DNA of 64,000 bases. It comes from Candidatus Poribacteria bacterium (GTDB lineage Bacteria > Poribacteria > WGA-4E > PCPOR2b). Of this stretch, positions 20,653 through 28,910 are shown piece by piece (the stretch's first letter is position 1; each line of letters opens with the position of its first letter). The notes beneath the pieces are model-generated. The model was not told the origin of the DNA and searched no databases. It saw nothing but the letters and a program-made list of their open reading frames with translations. The stretch is taken from positions 2,120,059 to 2,184,058 of the forward strand of contig OY762266.1 in NCBI GenBank assembly GCA_963665285.1, in the 5' to 3' direction. The translations under genes and the position numbers were made by a program.

Positions 20653-22683
20653 TTAGGCGGACCGTTCATCGCGTAGAATGCGGCGCATGATTTTGTTGGA
20701 GGCAGTTCGGGGTAGGGCATCGACGACAATGACATCGTGAATCCGAAAGAGGGGATTGAGATGGCTCCGGATCGCCGATTGTAAAGAAGTGGTCAGTGAG
20801 CTGGTATCTGCTCCCGGCAGAAGTACGGCGTAAATAACCAGTTGGCTAGGACCGCCATTGGGTGGAGGCACAGCAATCGCTGCAACTTCTTGAATACCGT
20901 CCACGGAATTGAGAACCCCCTCGATCTCTGCGGAACTAATCTTGATACCACCAAGATTCATCGTATCATCCACCCGTCCGTGGATGCGGTAGTAGCCGTC
21001 AGCCAATCGTTCCACCCCGTCCCCATGACGACGGAGGGACGGCAGCTTCGGCAGTTGCGGAGTTTCCTCAAAGTATACCTCGTGATGGTCTTTATTTAGC
21101 AATTCGGTAGATAGCCCGATGGATGGTGGTGTCACAAAAACCTCACCGTTATCCGTTAGTTGACCTTTTTCGTCGCAGATGACTATATCCAATCCCAAGG
21201 CAGGGGTTGTAAAGGTCGCCGGAGCGGCAGGCTGGATAGTCGTGCCGGTGAGATAGCCACCGCCAATCTCGGTGCCGCCACAATACTCAATAATCGGACG
21301 GTATCCCGCCAAAGACATCAGAAACAGCATATCTTCCGTGTTAGAACACTCACCTGTAGAACTGAAGGCTTTGATAGCACCCCAATCAAGCCCCTTCATA
21401 CAATCCGTATTTTTCCAAGCCCTTACTATACTTGGCACGATACCGAGCATTGTAACGCGAGCGTCCCCCACAAACTCGCCAAATTCCCTTTCCGTTGCGG
21501 TGCCATCGTATAACGCAATCGTCCCCTGATTGATTAAACTAGCGTAAATGAGCCACGGTCCCATCATCCACCCAAGGTTCGTGGGCCAAGCCAACACATC
21601 TCCGTGCTGAATGTCGTGATGTAGGTAGGCATCCACAGCGCATTTAATCGGTGTCGTTTGCGTCCACGGAATCGCTTTGGGTTCTCCTGTCGTTCCCGAA
21701 GAAAACAGGATATTCGTGTGGTGGTGTGGATCACAGCCAACCGAATCAAACTGATCGCTATCGCTGAGAAATTCCTCCCAAGTTAAATCGCCGTTTCGTA
21801 ATTCAATCAAGGACTCGTCTCCACGGGACAGCACAATCGCTTTTGGCGCGTTCGCGTCAACCACCCTTGCATATAACGGCAACTGTTTTCCAGCGCGGCG
21901 GATATGGTCTTGCGTAAAAATCCCCTTTGCGTTTGCAATACGCAGCCGCATCTGGATCTCATCTGGTGCAAAACTGTCCGCAATCGCAATCACGACGCAA
22001 CCCGCTTTGATGATACCGAGATAGATTGCAACCGATTCGGGGTGCATTGACATATTTATGCCGATAGGATCGCCCGGCTGGAAGCCGGCATCCACCAATC
22101 CGTTAGCAACCCGATTGGTCAGTGTGTTGAGTTCGCCGTAGGTCATCGTTGAAAGCGTCGAACCCTCCGACTGAAACACAATCGCGGTAGCATCGCTTGG
22201 TGCCTTAAAACAGCTTTCAACGATGTTAAGCCGCGCGTCCACAAGCCATCTGGGAAACTCAGCCCCTTTGGACAGATCCATCACCTCACTGAATTTTCGA
22301 TGGAATCGAATCCCAAGCCTTTCAATCATCAACTCCCAGAAATCGGCGCGATGGCGAACCGACCATGAATGGAGTGCCTCGTAAGAATCGAGATCTAACT
22401 CCTGCATAACCGCCGCGATGTTTGTTTTCTCAATTTTATCTTCAGCCGGAAACCAAGCGGGGGCAGCCACACCCTCCCAGTCGGCAAAAACTGTCTTGTG
22501 GAGGAGTTGATGAAGGGCGAATGGGTGGTCGGGGGTTAGAATGGTTTGCGAAATTTTTCCCCAACAGGCTGCCGCTGGAAGCGATATGAGTAATGGATTG
22601 ATGCGCGCTAGCAAACGATCCGATGTGGATTTGTCCAACCCGCATTCGATGAGGTTTTCACGCGTAAGTTTCTTTGTCATCAA
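20653..22683 (-). CDS. AMP-forming acyl-CoA synthetase (long acetoacetyl-/acetyl-CoA-synthetase-like type, 676 aa)
   Basis: AMP-binding signature FSSGTTGEPKAI and a C-terminal domain. It starts 22 nt downstream of the soxG-like gene on the same strand. Confidence 0.85.
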   Translation of the reverse strand: MMTKKLTRENLIECGLDKSTSDRLLARINPLLISLPAAACWGKISQTILTPDHPFALHQLLHKTVFADWEGVAAPAWFPAEDKIEKTNIAAVMQELDLDSYEALHSWSVRHRADFWELMIERLGIRFHRKFSEVMDLSKGAEFPRWLVDARLNIVESCFKAPSDATAIVFQSEGSTLSTMTYGELNTLTNRVANGLVDAGFQPGDPIGINMSMHPESVAIYLGIIKAGCVVIAIADSFAPDEIQMRLRIANAKGIFTQDHIRRAGKQLPLYARVVDANAPKAIVLSRGDESLIELRNGDLTWEEFLSDSDQFDSVGCDPHHHTNILFSSGTTGEPKAIPWTQTTPIKCAVDAYLHHDIQHGDVLAWPTNLGWMMGPWLIYASLINQGTIALYDGTATEREFGEFVGDARVTMLGIVPSIVRAWKNTDCMKGLDWGAIKAFSSTGECSNTEDMLFLMSLAGYRPIIEYCGGTEIGGGYLTGTTIQPAAPATFTTPALGLDIVICDEKGQLTDNGEVFVTPPSIGLSTELLNKDHHEVYFEETPQLPKLPSLRRHGDGVERLADGYYRIHGRVDDTMNLGGIKISSAEIEGVLNSVDGIQEVAAIAVPPPNGGPSQLVIYAVLLPGADTSSLTTSLQSAIRSHLNPLFRIHDVIVVDALPRTASNKIMRRILRDERSA

Positions 22684-22704
22684 AGGAGACCTTCCTCCCT
22701 ATTT

Positions 22705-23391
22705 TTACGCTTCTATTAACGCGGCTAACGCTGCCCTACCAATCGGGACAAGCCCAAATTCTTTGCCCGCCTCCATCATAGTATCCCAAACATAGGGACC
22801 CAGCGACTGTGTCCCTATGATCGAAAATGCCGGTAACTCGCCGATGTCTCCGCGGATGATCAGCTGCGTTGTCTTGGCGAGGCTGCTCTGTTTCGCCGTT
22901 TCGTTTGGGAACGCTGAAGAGTGAAAATCTAATCCACACAGCTTGCTCAAAAGTGCCTGACTATCAGTACCAATCACCCGAATCTCCACTCGTCCGTGTG
23001 TAACCTCTGTGATTGTGACAAACTGTTCAGATGCTGCCGATCCAGTCATCAATTTTTTCTGCGTCCGAACCTCTCTGCCGGGCGGCGTGCTAATAAAAAA
23101 GAGGTCGTTCCGCAACCGATAGATTCCATCGCGTCCTTCGTTAATTTTGAGCGAGCCTAAATCGAAAGCATCCATCAACACGGATTCGGCACCCTCTCCT
23201 TCGATCAGCAGTTTTCCATTCGGCGTTTCGTCAGCGAGAGCAACCCGTTCACTGGCTGTGGCAATTTCCGCTTCCGGTGTCGTATAAACCTCTGGAATGC
23301 GCCAACCGTGTTGTTCGATGAAAGTTGCCCCCAAGCGTTGGGCGATGGGGTGTAAAGGGGTCAACTTGATGGGTGTTTTTTGGGTGCTCAC
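22705..23391 (-). CDS. soxG: Heterotetrameric sarcosine-oxidase-like gamma subunit (SoxG family, GcvT-like)
   Basis: Size about 228 aa, GcvT-like fold signature, and position after the alpha subunit, with an ATGA start/stop overlap with the upstream gene. Confidence 0.65.
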   Translation of the reverse strand: MSTQKTPIKLTPLHPIAQRLGATFIEQHGWRIPEVYTTPEAEIATASERVALADETPNGKLLIEGEGAESVLMDAFDLGSLKINEGRDGIYRLRNDLFFISTPPGREVRTQKKLMTGSAASEQFVTITEVTHGRVEIRVIGTDSQALLSKLCGLDFHSSAFPNETAKQSSLAKTTQLIIRGDIGELPAFSIIGTQSLGPYVWDTMMEAGKEFGLVPIGRAALAALIEA

Positions 23392-26351
23392 GTGCGTAAC
23401 CTTTCTCCGTCGGGGTCATAAAAGGCTCCGTGGTGGACACGCGCTTCTGCCAGATGTTTATCCATGCGAATCGTAAAGGGTGCACCGTTTTGAGATGCCA
23501 AATCCGCCGGCAGCCAACAGAGTCCAATTGCCTCCTTTAAGGTCGGGCTGAATCGACTGGAGGTGACCCAACCTATAATTTTCAGACCGCCATCCGCTTC
23601 GGGCTGAACGATCTGTAGCCCTTCATCGGGAACAACGTCGGATTCAACCATCTTGAAACCTACTAGAAGCTGCTTCGGTCCTTCAGCAGAGATCCGCATC
23701 AGCGAGGGTTTTCCCAGAAAATCGGGCTTGTCCAATTTTACCGCCCACGCCATATTAGCAGAGAGTGGATCGGACATAGCGTCGGTGTCCTGCCCCACAA
23801 TAAGGTGTGCCTTCTCCAATCGCAGTATGCGCTGCGCCTCTACGCCAAAGGGAACGATACCAAACTCCCTGCCCGCGTCCATCAATGTTTCCCAGACGTG
23901 CAGTGCATAACCGGACGGACAGTGAACCTCATAAGATAGTTCACCGGTGAAACCGAGACGCAGCAACCGACACGGTACATCCGCAATTCTAGCAGAGCGG
24001 ATACGCATGTAAGGGAAGGCTTTGTTGGCGAGGTTCCGGTCTGTCAATTTCTCTAGCACCGCTCGCGATTGGGGACCCGCCAAGTTGAAAGCGGAATAGA
24101 TATCCGTCAGGTCAGTTAGGTGGACACCTTCGCCCCACCCCGATTGTAGCCACCATTGCAACCACTCGAAGATCGTTGTTGCGCCGGTGGAGGTGGTGGT
24201 CATGTACCACGTATCATCCCTCAGATGTGCGCAGACCCCATCGTTTAGCACCACACCTTCATCATTACACATCACGCCATAGCGCACCCTTCCCACGCGG
24301 AGGTTGTCCCATTGGTTGATGTAGATGCGTTCCAGTAGTTCAGGGACGCCGGGACCCGTGAGTTGTAGTTTTCCCAACGGGCTTACGTCAATAAGACCGA
24401 CCCGATTACGGACCCCCAACGCTTCCGCCGCTGGATCGCCGTAGTGGTTTGGACGCAACCAGAGTCCCGCGACCATCATGTCTGCACCTTGATCGAGATG
24501 CCATTGATGAAGCGGGGTTGTCTGTACCGGCTCCATGTTTTGCCCTGCCAAAGCCCCTAGCGTCACCGGCGTAGTGGGAGGCCTCGCGGTCGTCGTGCCG
24601 GTTTCCTGCACCGTCCAACCGTTGGCGCGGGCGCAGAGATGGATGGTGTTCATAGAACACATAGCACCCTGACAGGGTCCCATTGAGATGGTACTGTATC
24701 GTTTGAGCAACTCGATGCTGTCGTACCCTTCCGCAATTGCTGTTTCGACATCCTCGTCGGTGACATCTTCGCAATAACAGACGAATCGCTTCTTTTTGCC
24801 GGGGACGCACACCCGTTCGGAAGTGCGGCGCGGTTCTAAGACACCAGAAGGTTGTGCTGCCGGCTCATCAAGTTCGCCAAAGCCTGCAAAGGCGGCTGCG
24901 TTCGATCCTGCCTGTTGCGCTTCGGCAATCTGTGAGTCAACAGCGTGTGTTCCCGCCGCTCGTCCTGCCACATAGATACCGGGTGGAGTGGATACCGGTA
25001 GTATTTCCGCTCGATCTTCGTTGTATTCCGATTTTCCGCCTGTCATATAGGCAAGTTCAGTAGCAGGTGTCCAACCCACACTCGTCACGATGAGATCGCA
25101 CTGCAGCGATTGTGCCGTCGAAGGAGAGATTTCACCGCCTCCGTCGAGACGTGCAATCTTTGCCCCGCTTACTGCGTTTGAGCCGAGAGCCTCAAGGATG
25201 GTATGCCGATAGAACACCGGGACACCGGCATTCACCAACCCATCTTGGTATGGACTGGAACAGGCGTTGGGTTCCCGTTCTTCCACGATAGCCGCCACGT
25301 TTACTCCCAGCGACTGGAGATCGGCGGCTACATCCCAGCCATCCTCGTTAGCGGTTACAATCACAACCTGTCTGCCGGGGAGGACGCCGAAAAGGTGAAC
25401 CAGACGCTGTACAGCACTTCCCAGCATAACGCCCGGCAGATCGTTGTTATCGAAAATAAGTGGCATTTCGTAGGCACCGGTCGCCACAACCATTGATTTC
25501 GTCCGTATCTTGAACAGACGCGTTCCCTTCACGGCGCAAAGCCAGTTGTCCTGATACCAACCCAGAACACTGGTGTCAGCGAAAACCGTAATATTCGGTT
25601 GCTGATTAATCGCTTCTAATAGCTCCGGTAGCTCTTTGGACGCGTGTCCCGACTCGTCGGGATCCTCGGAACGGGATGTGGTCGAGGTAGATTCCAGAGG
25701 AACAGTGAAGCGGAGGTGACCTCCAAGATCTGGGTTCTCGTCGAAAAGCAGCACCTGTGCACCGGCTTCGGCTGTACTCAATGCCGCACTAAGCCCTGCC
25801 GGTCCGCCACCTACTACGACGACATCGGTATGTAGATATTGCTTATCAAACTCGCCTGGGGGTGTGTCAAGATTGACCTCACCCAAGCCAGCGATATGGC
25901 GTAATGTATGTTCGTAGAGGGGCCATAGCTTTTGCGGACGGATGAAAGTCTTATAGTAAAACCCGACCGGCATAAAACGCGATCCCAGTTGGGTCAGAGA
26001 GAGCAGATCCCGGTTGAGCGAGGGCCAAACGTTCTGTGCATGCACATCCATTCCTTCTTCGACAGGTCTGGTACAGGCGCGGACGTTTGGCTCATCTCCG
26101 ATTTGCACCAGACAGTTGGGGCAATGTCCGGAGCAACAGAGCACCCCACGCGGACGATGATACTTAAACGAGCGGCTCAAGACTTTGACACCCGCTGCTG
26201 TTAGAGCCGATGCTACGGTATCGCCGGGATAGGCAGTATACTCTACCCCATCAAAAGTGAATCGAATCGTGGTAGAGCGATCAATGACCTCACCTTGCTT
26301 TGGGTGGAGTCGATTGGGTGCTGTTGTTAGTGCATCTTGTTCAGTTCGCAT
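23388..26351 (-). CDS. soxA: Heterotetrameric sarcosine-oxidase-like alpha subunit (SoxA family: N-terminal ferredoxin-like domain, NAD/FAD-binding domain, C-terminal GcvT-like folate-binding domain)
   Basis: The N-terminus (TIRFTFDGVEYTAYPGDTVASALTAAGV...RGVLCCSGHCPNCLVQIG) matches the SoxA family. A Rossmann motif (VVVVGGGPAGLSAAL) and a C-terminal aminomethyltransferase-like domain follow. The product is 987 aa. Confidence 0.85.
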   Translation of the reverse strand: MRTEQDALTTAPNRLHPKQGEVIDRSTTIRFTFDGVEYTAYPGDTVASALTAAGVKVLSRSFKYHRPRGVLCCSGHCPNCLVQIGDEPNVRACTRPVEEGMDVHAQNVWPSLNRDLLSLTQLGSRFMPVGFYYKTFIRPQKLWPLYEHTLRHIAGLGEVNLDTPPGEFDKQYLHTDVVVVGGGPAGLSAALSTAEAGAQVLLFDENPDLGGHLRFTVPLESTSTTSRSEDPDESGHASKELPELLEAINQQPNITVFADTSVLGWYQDNWLCAVKGTRLFKIRTKSMVVATGAYEMPLIFDNNDLPGVMLGSAVQRLVHLFGVLPGRQVVIVTANEDGWDVAADLQSLGVNVAAIVEEREPNACSSPYQDGLVNAGVPVFYRHTILEALGSNAVSGAKIARLDGGGEISPSTAQSLQCDLIVTSVGWTPATELAYMTGGKSEYNEDRAEILPVSTPPGIYVAGRAAGTHAVDSQIAEAQQAGSNAAAFAGFGELDEPAAQPSGVLEPRRTSERVCVPGKKKRFVCYCEDVTDEDVETAIAEGYDSIELLKRYSTISMGPCQGAMCSMNTIHLCARANGWTVQETGTTTARPPTTPVTLGALAGQNMEPVQTTPLHQWHLDQGADMMVAGLWLRPNHYGDPAAEALGVRNRVGLIDVSPLGKLQLTGPGVPELLERIYINQWDNLRVGRVRYGVMCNDEGVVLNDGVCAHLRDDTWYMTTTSTGATTIFEWLQWWLQSGWGEGVHLTDLTDIYSAFNLAGPQSRAVLEKLTDRNLANKAFPYMRIRSARIADVPCRLLRLGFTGELSYEVHCPSGYALHVWETLMDAGREFGIVPFGVEAQRILRLEKAHLIVGQDTDAMSDPLSANMAWAVKLDKPDFLGKPSLMRISAEGPKQLLVGFKMVESDVVPDEGLQIVQPEADGGLKIIGWVTSSRFSPTLKEAIGLCWLPADLASQNGAPFTIRMDKHLAEARVHHGAFYDPDGERLRT

Positions 26352-26400
26352 TCATTCTCCAGTTACCACATGTCTCATAGACAATCGCAACGCTCACATT

Positions 26401-26667
26401 TCACGCATCACGTTTGGCGTAGGGATAGGTCTTTATCACCTCATTAGTTCGTGTATGCCGTTCAGCTAGAAACCATAGACCACAGCCGGCGTTGTGATGC
26501 CACCACTCCGTTTGTGCATCCATGACATTATTGCGCATGTAAAGATAGTTTGCCCATTCTGCATTGCTGAGAGCCGAAGGATCTTTAGGGCGCGAACTGA
26601 GTTCTCCACCAAAGTGAAATTCGCTGACATTTCGATCCCCGCAGTTGGGACAGGTTAATAGTAACAT
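26401..26667 (-). CDS. soxD: Sarcosine-oxidase-like delta subunit (SoxD family)
   Basis: MLLLTCPNCGDRNVSEFHFGGE... matches the SoxD N-terminus (MLLIHCPYCG.R.E.EF). GGAG is 6 nt upstream of the internal ATG at 26667. Confidence 0.8.
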   Translation of the reverse strand: MLLLTCPNCGDRNVSEFHFGGELSSRPKDPSALSNAEWANYLYMRNNVMDAQTEWWHHNAGCGLWFLAERHTRTNEVIKTYPYAKRDA

Positions 26668-26686
26668 ATTGATCTCCATTCACGCT

Positions 26687-27925
26687 TTAATGTCCCACCG
26701 CCGCCGCGCCTTTCTCACCGACCAGATCATTTTCCTCAAAACGCGATAGACGGAAGGGAGCGATGAGGGTTGGGGTCTTGCTTGTGGCGATTAACTCTGC
26801 CAAAGTTTTACCGGCAATAGGGGACGCTTTGAATCCATAAGTGCCCCAACCAACATCTATCAGAAATCCATTGATAGGTGTGAACCCCATGATTGGGCTA
26901 TAGTCGGGAGGCATCTCGCAGATACCAGCCCACTGACGCAGAATACGGACATGGCTCAGAGAGGGGAAAAGTTCAAGGACGTGACCAGCGATACCTTCGA
27001 GAAACGTGAGTGAACCCGCCATCGAATACGAGGAAAAAGGATCTACGCTCGCACCCATCACTAACTCCCCCCGGTCCGTCTGACTGATGTAGACATGCAG
27101 ACTACCGGAGACAACAACCACATCTAAAAAAGGCTTGAGTGGTTCAGTCACGCAGGCTTGCAGGGGGATAGTGGTCAACGGCAGATCAATCCCCACCATC
27201 GCTGTGATTGTTGAAGCCCAGCCTGCGGTTGCGTTGAGGACCGTCCCGGTCTTGATGTGACCACGACTTGTTTCCACGCCGGTCACTTTGCCGTCCTGTA
27301 CCTTCAGTCCGGTTACCTCGGTATTCTGATGGATATGGACACCGCGCACGTCCGCTTGATGGGCATAACCCCAAACGACCGCATCGTGGCGAATGATACC
27401 GCCGGGCGGATGGTAGAGTGCCGCTAAAATGGGATAACGGGGATGGTCGCTTACATCGAGAGAGGGGCAGAGGCTTTTGATTTCATCAGGAAAGATTAGA
27501 CGCGAGTCAACGTCTTCGATCTGGTTGACCTCCGCCCGACGCCGCATGGTATTGACACCGCCGTCCGTGTGGGCGAGGGTCAGGTGCCCCCGCTGGCTGA
27601 ACATCACATTGAAATTGAGTTCATCCGACAGTTGTTCGTAGAGTTTGACGCTATCGTTGTAAAAGCGGACACCTTCTGGGGTGAGGTAGTTGCTGCGGAT
27701 AATTGCGGTGTTGCGACCACTGCCGCCCGCACCGATGTAGCTTTTTTCTAACACCGCTACATCGGTGATGCCGTGCTCTTTGGCGAGATAGTAGGCACAG
27801 GCAAGCCCGTGTGCCCCTCCGCCGATGATAACGACATCATACTGTTCTTTGAGTTCATGTGAGCGCCACATTTTCGGTGGCGGTCGGTTGCCGTTAAAGG
27901 CTTGTCGAATGAGTTGGATTGACAT
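26687..27925 (-). CDS. soxB: Sarcosine-oxidase-like beta subunit (FAD-dependent oxidoreductase, DAO family)
   Basis: N-terminal FAD-binding motif DVVIIGGGAHGLACAYYL and a DAO fold. It is the first gene of the soxBDAG-order operon. Confidence 0.85.
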   Translation of the reverse strand: MSIQLIRQAFNGNRPPPKMWRSHELKEQYDVVIIGGGAHGLACAYYLAKEHGITDVAVLEKSYIGAGGSGRNTAIIRSNYLTPEGVRFYNDSVKLYEQLSDELNFNVMFSQRGHLTLAHTDGGVNTMRRRAEVNQIEDVDSRLIFPDEIKSLCPSLDVSDHPRYPILAALYHPPGGIIRHDAVVWGYAHQADVRGVHIHQNTEVTGLKVQDGKVTGVETSRGHIKTGTVLNATAGWASTITAMVGIDLPLTTIPLQACVTEPLKPFLDVVVVSGSLHVYISQTDRGELVMGASVDPFSSYSMAGSLTFLEGIAGHVLELFPSLSHVRILRQWAGICEMPPDYSPIMGFTPINGFLIDVGWGTYGFKASPIAGKTLAELIATSKTPTLIAPFRLSRFEENDLVGEKGAAAVGH

Positions 27926-27992
27926 CTGTTTTCCGTAGATAGAATTCTGACAGGACGATATGATCGGTTGGCTTCACTTCAATTCGTCTCGG

Positions 27993-28844
27993 CTACCTGA
28001 TATCCCCTTTCCGTGATCGCTCCTGTAACTCATATAGCGACACACTGCTCTCTTTGTAGTAAGGGACAGGGAATTCCTTCATCGTAAAGCGTGCCATCTG
28101 TGCCCGATGTCCACGGACCAGTCGTGTGTGTGTTTCGACATGACTCGTCATCTCCCCGTAGTAGATGGGGAAAGCATCAGCAGCGCGGTAACTAAGAATC
28201 AGCGTACGTCGTGGACGATTTGAGCGATTGGTAATCGAGGCGTGTGGCGTCATGCAGTGCATGAAGACTGCTGTGCCGGCTTTGCCCTCAACCAACTTCG
28301 CCTCTGAGCTATCAACTGCTTCTGTAGCTCTACCTTGAAAATATCCTTCGCGCGTATGGGCGAGCAGATCCCCTTCGTGCCTGCCCGGCAACATCTGTAG
28401 ACAGCCGTTTTCTGCATCCGCATCATCAAGGTAAAACAGTACGGCAAGCGAATCTCGGTTTGTCATCGGATAGTAGGAGAGGTCTTGATGCCATTCCACG
28501 ACCGAACCGATTTCGGGCGGTTTCATATTGAGTTTGCTGTAGTGATACAGGATATTTGAACCTATCAAACCCTCCACGGCATCTAGCAGTTTTCCGGATT
28601 CGGATAACGTCTTGAAGGGCGGGTAATAGCTGCACGGTTCATAGAGCCGGCGCACCTTTGCCCCGTCTGGGGGCTGGTCTGGTTCCATTTCCAGTCGATC
28701 TTTATCGTGATTCGCGAGCGTGTTGCCGCTGATAATCTTCTCGGTTTCAGAGAGCAACTGAGCAACTTCGTCTGGGGTCAAGAAATTTGGACAAACGGTG
28801 TATCCGTCCTGATGATATTCAGTTATTTGGGTGTTGTTTAACAT
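27993..28844 (-). CDS. Phytanoyl-CoA dioxygenase (PhyH) family Fe(II)/2-oxoglutarate-dependent oxygenase
   Basis: The N-terminus (EYHQDGYTVCPNFLTPDEVAQL) and the WHQD motif region are typical of the PhyH family. GCCTCCT (AGGAGGC on the coding strand) lies upstream of the ATG at 28844. Confidence 0.75.
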   Translation of the reverse strand: MLNNTQITEYHQDGYTVCPNFLTPDEVAQLLSETEKIISGNTLANHDKDRLEMEPDQPPDGAKVRRLYEPCSYYPPFKTLSESGKLLDAVEGLIGSNILYHYSKLNMKPPEIGSVVEWHQDLSYYPMTNRDSLAVLFYLDDADAENGCLQMLPGRHEGDLLAHTREGYFQGRATEAVDSSEAKLVEGKAGTAVFMHCMTPHASITNRSNRPRRTLILSYRAADAFPIYYGEMTSHVETHTRLVRGHRAQMARFTMKEFPVPYYKESSVSLYELQERSRKGDIR

Positions 28845-28910
28845 CGCAGCCTCCTGTTCGATGCGAATACTACGGGTCATCTATATTTTGCCTGTGTCTT
28901 CTGATCTTGG

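Noticed and set aside
24406-24810. 134-aa Arg-rich ORF within soxA on the opposite strand
   Set aside because: It is antisense to the soxA-like alpha-subunit gene and has no start context.
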